A stretch of 64,000 bases of DNA from positions 5,627,696 to 5,691,695 of the forward strand of contig CM119265.1 in NCBI GenBank assembly GCA_051294375.1, read 5' to 3'. Positions 56,801-64,000 of this stretch are shown here, one piece after another. A program made the position numbers and the translations under genes. The first letter of the stretch is position 1. Every line of letters starts with the position of its first letter. The notes under the pieces were generated by a model. That model was not told where the DNA came from. It ran no database searches and saw only the letters and a program-made list of their open reading frames with translations. The DNA comes from Paraspadella gotoi (lineage: Eukaryota; Animalia; Chaetognatha).

Positions 56801-57871
56801 TTAAATTAACCTTGTAGATGCCGCCAATTGGGTATGAGATAAGCGAACAGAGGAAAGAACGGATTCACAAGGACCCAACTAAAGTCACACGTCAAGGGCA
56901 AATAGCGATATTTGGAGGGAAAGAGCTCCGCTTTGAAGGTCGACGTGGAGACCAGGCCTGCATGGTGAGTCATTGGGTTAGGATTGACGCTATTGAAGAG
57001 ACAGTAATTATTGATAAGTGTTAATGACAGAACCGTTCAATATAAGCAGTCCCTGAGCTTCGGATCAGGCTGTAACACCATGTTACAGGCGGGTTAAGCG
57101 CCCCGTCCCTCTTAACTGCCAGACGACCACCGGGCTAGAACCCCGGACCTTTGGGTTGGGAGGTGAATGACTTGCCTCCGGCACCAATGGCCGCTGATGA
57201 ACGGTTGGTGGATTTTAGTCCACCATACTATACAGAATAATAATTTCCCGGTTCCAGTTCGCCGGCCACACCATGTACCCGCAAAAACGAGACCCTGCGT
57301 GAATCTCAACGCGACGTAAAATTCGATGGAATTGACGAAAAAAGTGACGACGCCCAATGGACAGACGCAAGCGGTGGAAGCGAGAAGCACCCATCGTCGT
57401 CCGAACCTGTCGGACAATGGACCCATCACTGTGGACCCCATGAAGCAGCCGATGAAGAAAAACGTGTCGACGAAACTGAGACGATGCGATTCCGAACAGA
57501 CGAGATCGAAAGTGGCCACCAAGCTGTGGGCCTTGGGCAGTTCGTAGATCCAACGCGAGTTTGTCGGGCAGGTGGAGCAAACTTCTTCCGTTGTTCTTTT
57601 TTTTTTTAAGTAATCGCTACTTATTAAAATATCCCATATGACGATATTTCACCGTGTGAAAATATCATTTAACGTTGTACTTAAATTACCTGTTGCCAAT
57701 TGTTACGTTACTTAGACAGTCGAACTTAACGGGAAAAGAGACCATCGCGTTTCCCATAAATAGGACCATGTTCATTCCTGTGACCAACCATAGCATGAGC
57801 CAGTAGCCCAAGGGATAAAACCCGTTTATTCCCAGGTTAAGAAACAGCTGATCCAATTCCACCGCACCCAT
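53890..57871 (-). CDS. SLC22: SLC22 / organic cation transporter-like MFS protein, paralog B, 9 exons, ~569 aa
   Basis: Manual GT-AG model: 57871-57690, 57595-57279, 56957-56811, 56631-56179, 55966-55757, 55566-55416, 54297-54228, 54139-54035, 53964-53890 (1710 nt, open, ends TAA). Family motifs: FDLVC, SDRFGRR, AELFPSKYR, LPESVPWL, QESIPTLLR, VPETRGEPLP. AATAAA lies ~25 nt after the stop (+ 53860-53865). The symbol is family-level only. Confidence 0.92.
57031..57206 (-). mobile_element. tRNA-derived SINE-like or structured insert in intron 2 of paralog B
   Basis: Minus-strand head GGCCATTGGTGCCGGAGGCAAGTCATTCACCTCCCAACCCAAAGGTCCGGGGTTCTAGCCCGGTGGTCG (57124-57193) has an acceptor-like stem and B-box-like GGTTCTAGCCC. 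A perfect hairpin CTGTAACA-3nt-TGTTACAG lies at 57070-57088. The whole is bounded by a 9-bp inverted repeat AACCGTTCA/TGAACGGTT. This intron is 321 bp against 122 bp in paralog A. Confidence 0.45.
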
Positions 57872-58860
57872 TTTTTAGAGACGATTTAGTTTTTGTTTTT
57901 ATTTCCAAATCGAAACGACATAACGTTAAACTTGACGACTCAAGCAGTCTGTCAAACTGACAAGAAAATTGGTAAGGTTTGTGGTTTTCACTTTAAAAAG
58001 AGATGAGATTTAGTTGTCGAAATATTTCATTATTTGTATTTAAAAGGTTAATCAACAATTTTTATTTTCTTAAACAACGATGATGTTTAAAATTTTTTTT
58101 TATTAATTATCCAAAACAACGAAAATAAAGAAAATATAATCATTTAAAAAAAGATTAAATATAAACGATTCGTTAATATGCAAGATTACTGAACGATCTC
58201 AATCGAAAAAGTAAAGAAGGAATTTTTCCCTCGCGAAAAGCCAAAGAGGTCAAAAACTAGGTCAATTTACCGAGTCGTAAGATTGACAGAATTATAGAGA
58301 TCCGAGATGGCCAATGAATCATCAATTTTGAGTCGGAAAAAATGTCAAAATTTCAGAAAATTTGGAACTTCCTTTGTTTACGTAGATTGTAATTTAAAGA
58401 TAAACCTTTGTGAAGATCAGCACAAGCTGGGCGTTTTGAAACTCGTTCAAGGTTGGGCAAAACTCGACGCAAGAAAATAGAGCGAAACCCGGCAAAAAAA
58501 AAAAAAAATAAAAAATAAGCGCGAAGATCATTCCTTATCTTGACGGTTCAACGGACTTGATAAGATAATCTTTCTTTACTATTTAAAAAGAAAAAGACCT
58601 CCCAAAAAGTTTTGTTGCACGATTGAAATAATTGGAGAAGTAGGATGTCATAGTAGTTATAGAAACAATGGTAAATCCTTTTAAACACAAAGTAACGATT
58701 TCGACTATTTATAATTATATTTAGTGTACTGGACTTCGTTTAGGTACTGAAGACTAAGTCGCGTCAGTCTGTCTTAAGAAAAACAAAATAAATTTAATTT
58801 TTTACCAAGTTTTAATTGCGAAAGTAAATCTTGAAAAATCTGATTAGAATCAAAATAATA

Positions 58861-61546
58861 TCAACTATTTATCAAATTTTCAGCTGTCGTATGTTCAATG
58901 TTCATATTTTCTCCATCTCGTAAGCTACACAAGCTTCCCGTCTTCCTTTTCATCTTTAGTAAATCATCCAAAGTCTAAAACAAATGATGAATCTTAAATG
59001 TTATCAGAATATATATGTAAAATTTATCATTACCTGTGGTAAAGGTTCACCCTTGGTTTCAGGTACACAAAAGGCCAGAAATGAAATAAGGAGTCCCACA
59101 ATGCCAAGACAAATTTCGATGATTTTGGCATGAGTGATCTTTAAAAAGAAACGCATATTAGTAGTTCCAAGTTTCCAACGTTTCAACTGATTATAATTAA
59201 GTTGATTTAGTATAAAACAAATTTAAATGTTGACCTGTGCATAATACTTTAGAATAAATACACAATATAATATATGTATACCTTGTGAAGCTTTGTTAGA
59301 ATTTTCTGAGAAATTTTATTTTATTTGAACATACCATTAAATGGACAAGGAAACTTCCACTAGCCGCTGAGATGGCACAAAATATAACGGCGATCAAATA
59401 GGACCTGATTTAGATTTAATTCCACTTTGATCACAAGAAGTTCTTAAATAAATTTACAGTTTCATAAAACTTTTGGTAAGATGCCACTATAAATACAATA
59501 TAAAACCATCTCACCGTGCTCGAAATAGCGTGGGTATAGACTCTTGACTGAAATTTTGGGTGAATTCGTACTGGAACCAAATGCCAAGCCTTGCAATCAT
59601 GTACATGGCGATTCGTAGTCCCGGTAATTCAAGATCGACATCATCAAAAGCAAATCGAATAAAACCTACGGCAAAATCACTCTGCTGTTTAAAAAAATTA
59701 TTAATTTTAAAAATTAAACATTGAAAAAATAGAATATTTAGGTTTCTAAATATATTTATTATGGATCCAAAAAATTTAGTATTTAACGCTTGGGTTACGA
59801 AGACAAAATTCAAAGATTACCATGATTCATTTACCTACCTCATAACCCCCAAACAAGCTCACCTATAATTAGAAATGCTGTTGCGCTAAGCAGCGTGAAC
59901 CAAAAAAGTGCGAATCTCCGTTTCAAGAAATACACAGTTGGAATTGAGAGGAGTTTGCCCGGAAGGTCGGCAAGAATCAGGATGAGAAAGACGACGAGGC
60001 GGTGACCTCCAAATGACCCGTAAGAAAAGATCGAGATTATGTAGACCATCATCGTGTACGACCATTGGCTGGCTAGGAAGGAGATTGCTTATAAAATATA
60101 TGAATTAATTTTTCAACTTATATGCGAAAGATTTTACCCTTTTTTACCCGTCAACGAGAACGACCAAAAGAAGGTGGGACGTTTGAGGGCGTTCCAAAAC
60201 GAAGTTTCGGGTTTTTTCTTGTAATTTTTGACCGTCCCATCCCCGCCGACGAATGAAGGATCCAAGGAAACTGCGTTCCCGCCATTTTCATTTACTGCGT
60301 CGGTTTCGCCGACCGCCGCCGGACCGACGCCGGACCGACGCCGGACCGACGCCGGACCGACGGCCGTCTCCTTGGTCTTGTTGGGTGAACCGGCGTCTTG
60401 AGCGACCCTCGCGTAGAAGTCGGCCTCGTCAATCTTCAAGCTCCGAGCGTCGGCGACCTTGCTCAAGATGGCGAAAGCCTCTTTGGGGCGGCCTTTGCGG
60501 ATCAGCCAGGGAACACTTTCGGGAAGGGCGTAGAAAAATGGCAAGAGCAGGATACTAGCGGAAAGGAGGGACCCTGTGGATATGTTGGCAAAATCCTAGT
60601 GATTAAATTAAATATTTACTTCTCGTAATATATTTGAATCACGTTGGCTACAAACTAACCAAGCAAATGTCGCCATTTCGGAATAAGAAACGCGAAGAGA
60701 GGTAAGAATGGATTGGATATGACCCATCCCATGTCGCAAGTCAAGGACAGATAGCGATACTTGGAAGGGAACAGTTCCGCTTTGAAGGTCGTAGATGTCA
60801 ACATTCCTGTTCGAATCACTTTGGTCGTTTTATCGTTACTTTGGGCAGACAGCTCAGCTGGCGGCATTATGAATTTTATGAGGTTGCTCGCCGTCTTTTT
60901 ACCATGATTTTATTTTCAGAAACCATACCCGAGTAGAAGAGACCGAGAACGAATCTCATGACGAAATAAAGTTCGATGGAATTGACGAAAAACATCAGGA
61001 TTCCGACGGGAAGGTAAGCGGCCGTCGTCGCCAGCAGCACCTTGCGTCGGCCCAACCAGTCCGCCGCCACGCCCATGCCGGCGGAACCGATCAACGTGCC
61101 GGCGAAAAAGGGGACGTCAGTGAAGCCGAGGAGATGCGATCGAGAGCAGACGAGATCGAAATCGGCCACCAGGCTGTGATCCTTTGGGACATCGTAGCGC
61201 CATTGCGAGTCGGGCGGACAAGTCGAGCAAACTTCTTCGGAGGTTCTGAGACAAAATGAGAAGACGAAATTTTAATTTAAATCATTTAACAATTACAATT
61301 GGTGCGCGGTATAACTGAAAATAGCCTTAATTCAGCTTAGACAAGTAACACGCCTGTAACAGACCTGTTACCGATCGTGACGTTATCCAGACATTCGAAT
61401 TGAACAGGATACACCACTATGGCGTTGCCCATGAACGCGACCATGTTTATGCCTTGAACGAGCCAAAGGATGAGCCAATAACCCAAGGGATAGAAACCCT
61501 TGATTCCCAGTTTCAATAAAAGTTCGTCCAATTCGTAAGCCCCCAT
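58861..61546 (-). CDS. SLC22: SLC22 / organic cation transporter-like MFS protein, paralog A, 9 exons, ~573 aa
   Basis: Manual GT-AG model: 61546-61365, 61245-60929, 60806-60660, 60573-60148, 60072-59863, 59665-59515, 59404-59335, 59138-59034, 58974-58861 (1722 nt, open, ends TGA). Motifs: DFDLVC, ADWLGRR, AELFPSKYR, LPESVPWL, QESIPTLFR, VPETKGEPLP. Seven of nine exon lengths and all intron phases are identical to paralog B. The symbol is family-level only. Confidence 0.93.
60318..60361. repeat. 11-bp tandem repeat (GCCGGACCGAC x4) inside coding exon 4 of paralog A
   Basis: Four perfect copies plus a degenerate 10-bp copy to the left. Confidence 0.9.
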
Positions 61547-62982
61547 GGCTGACGACAAAGAATGGGGATTTTACGTGGTTTTCATTGAGAAACTAATATG
61601 AAGATCCGAGTTTGCTCGCCCTTCAAGTTTCGCTCCAAAAAATAAACAATTTAACTCAACAAACATAAATTTTAAATAAACGATTTCATGTATTACACGT
61701 ATTCATTTTAGCCTTTTTAGGATTAGTTAAAATGATCAAAATAGTTTATTTTTTTCACGAATGAGGCGAAAAAATCTTGGTCATTATTTAGTGATACTTG
61801 AGCTACAAATTCCATAGTTGTATTGTCTCTTTTTTAGAAGTTGACTGGAATACTATATAGCTACATAGCTATATCATATGGGTATAAGCCATATTCTTTA
61901 AATTATTATCAACATTTGCCTCTTGTCATTAGCGATTAGACTCCGGGTATATTTAAAACCTGCCATTCCAAGTGCAACAACGAAAGCTTCGTGAAGATAA
62001 AAAAAATCAACATCCCCCAGCGATCGCATAAAAACGGATTTTAAAAATAAAGCGCGCTAATTGATCTCATAAATTCCGAGCATGACCAGGCAACTCCACG
62101 GTCGCGATTTGATAAAGGATTAAAGGTGGAGGAGAGTGTGACCGTATTACGTACGTTTGGACGTGAAGCGGTTAATAAGTTAATATAAAAATGTTTTTAT
62201 GCTCTTTTTTATCTTGACTGTCGGGATCGATAATTGACTTATTGTCATATTATTTCGAGTTTTGAGTTTTTCTTGTTATAATTTACAATCCCGATCGCGT
62301 GATTCGAGTTTGAAGTTAGAAGAAAAAAAGTGTCACAGGTATGTAACTGATTCTGGGGCGATATCCAAGTTGAATAATTTTACGACAGGAATTCGACAAG
62401 AATTCCAGGATGTCGCAAGGCCGGTAATAGAATCTTGACTAAAAGAACTGTCAGTTGGACACTTTAACTTATTATTAAGTGGACTTGGTTATTTTTTACA
62501 TTGATTTGCATTTTGATTTCGATTTCCGTTTGTCTGTTGGGTTGGGGGAGAGAGAGATAGAAAGAGAGTGCGCCTCGACGAAGATGCATGAAATTACGGC
62601 GCTTGTTTTTCTTATCACCCAAAAAATGCGTCTGCAATTGCGCATTAAAGTCGCATTTGTTTTTCCTGGTAACGATATTCGGCAAAGGAATTGGAAAGTA
62701 GGTCGTCGTTGTTGTTGTTGTTGTTGTGGGCGGCTTAAAACATTCAGGCCTCCGCTTTGGCGAGGGGTTTTGCTTTCGTCGGTAATGGGAGGGGAAAGTA
62801 GATAAGTTTCTCGCTTACAAACAATAAATAAATATAAAACAATCATCAAAAACCAGTTGCTTGGGTCACGACTACACGATGGAATAACGTTCTTCGTCGA
62901 TCTGAACATTTAATTTATGGCGTATATCTGTAAAAAAAAAATGTTAATAAATCCAAATAAACTGGAAGAACGCCCGACAAAC

Positions 62983-63082
62983 TTTTAACTTGCCACTTGA
63001 CATTTTAACTTGCCACTTGACATTTTAACTTGCCACTTGACATTTTAACTTGCCACTTGACATTTTAACTTGCCCCTTGACA
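62983..63082. repeat. 20-bp minisatellite, 5 copies
   Basis: Unit TTTTAACTTGCCACTTGACA; the last copy has one substitution (TGCCCC). Confidence 0.96.
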
Positions 63083-64000
63083 TTCCAGAGATTCTGCTTT
63101 TTCATCTCCGTTGAGGAGCGAGGGAGACTGAAAAGGAGCGCCAACTGGGGACGGGAGAGGAAGAAAGCTGTTAAAGTTGTTTTCGATCTTCTCTCTCGAC
63201 TTAAATATGCAAACGAGGTCCTCGGCGGCGAACGGGCGAAAGAGAGAGACGCCCGAGGTGAGACCGAATGAGTGAGGGAAGGAGGGAGGGGGAAAAATGG
63301 GTGAGGGGGATAGTGAAGATGTTTTTTTTTTTTTTAAAAAGGGAAAAGAATGAAAGTAGGGCGGCGGTGATGGATGGTTTTATAAAACAATGTGTTAGGG
63401 CGAGGAAACCGAGGAAATGATCGCTTTTTCATGCTCGTGATATTTCACTCTAATAATTGTAGACGATGGGTGTTTTAAAACCCCAATGGTTAAACCGAAA
63501 ATTCTCACGCAAGTCCTTCTCTCCTTCGAATATTCTTCAAACGAATTTCATCAAATGTCGCGAAACAAAGTTCACCTACGCACCGTCAATATTTTAAGCC
63601 TTAATCCCTCCCGTCGCTCGCGGAAACCAACGTTGACCTCACCCTATCCCCCCCCCCAAAAAAAAAAGAGAGAGAAAAAAAAATAAAATGGCGGTCAATC
63701 GGGCGCCGCGTCGCCGCGTCGCCGACTGGGAAACCGCGCCGTTTTTCGGCCAATTCGAGAGGAAACGACGAAATGGCTGAGCCAAGGAATATGGGCGGGG
63801 CACAAGGTGACTCGGATTTATTGGATTTATGGAAACCCCAGAAATTGAGGCAGTACCGCGATCAAGATAAATGATAAAGGAGAAGGGGAGGAAAGAGGGA
63901 AAATGGGAGGAGGAGAGGGAGGAAGGGGAGGAGAAGAGGAGAGGAGGGAGGGAGAGAAAGAGAGAGAAAGTGAATGAGAGAACAATGAATAAGATAATCG

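Larger units (their letters stand above)
42135..60516. repeat. Large inverted duplication 2: noisy arm 42135-~51930 mirrored by cleaner arm ~52154-60516
   Basis: 42135-42210 is the reverse complement of ~60445-60516, and 51780-51928 of 52154-52295. The left arm starts right after the 25-N gap at 42110-42134 and is full of 1-bp indels. Confidence 0.93.

Noticed and set aside
57031-57206. C/D-box snoRNA or hammerhead ribozyme
   Set aside because: CTGATGA lies antisense to the host gene and at the wrong end for a C box, and no GAAA core follows a stem II.
59282-59334. 24-nt microexon (KILTKLHK) behind a 29-nt intron in paralog A
   Set aside because: It is in frame and AG/GT bounded, but paralog B has no equivalent, exons 7 and 8 join colinearly without it, and a 29-nt intron is much shorter than the others (59 bp or more). 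RNA-seq could overturn this.
63685-63800. Promoter (AAAATGGCGG YY1-like, CCAAT, GC box); also E-box ATCACGTGAC at 13834-13843
   Set aside because: These are short motifs expected by chance in GC-rich patches, with no linked gene demonstrable in the window.

Overview
A eukaryotic (metazoan-type) draft-assembly window, rich in (AG)n/(CT)n and other microsatellites and broken by many N gaps. It is not prokaryotic and contains no CRISPR array. The well-supported content is one tRNA-Cys(GCA) gene (2087-2158) and two tandem, intact, 9-exon SLC22/organic-cation-transporter-like MFS genes on the minus strand (53890-57871 and 58861-61546), reconstructed exon by exon. Most of 23.2-52.1 kb consists of indel-ridden inverted copies of neighbouring sequence, each starting at or shortly after a 25-N gap. 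The best explanation is fold-back long reads used in gap filling, not real palindromes. Comparing the duplicated arms reveals a ~1.38 kb hAT-like insertion with a perfect 8-bp target-site duplication and its empty site, and a second ~620 bp indel. A tRNA-derived, hairpin-rich insert lies in an SLC22 intron. Both transporters have a shortened extracellular loop and lack the TM11 charge-selectivity residue. Most ORF-track entries are microsatellite or N-gap artefacts. I found no convincing evidence of a wholly new biological system.
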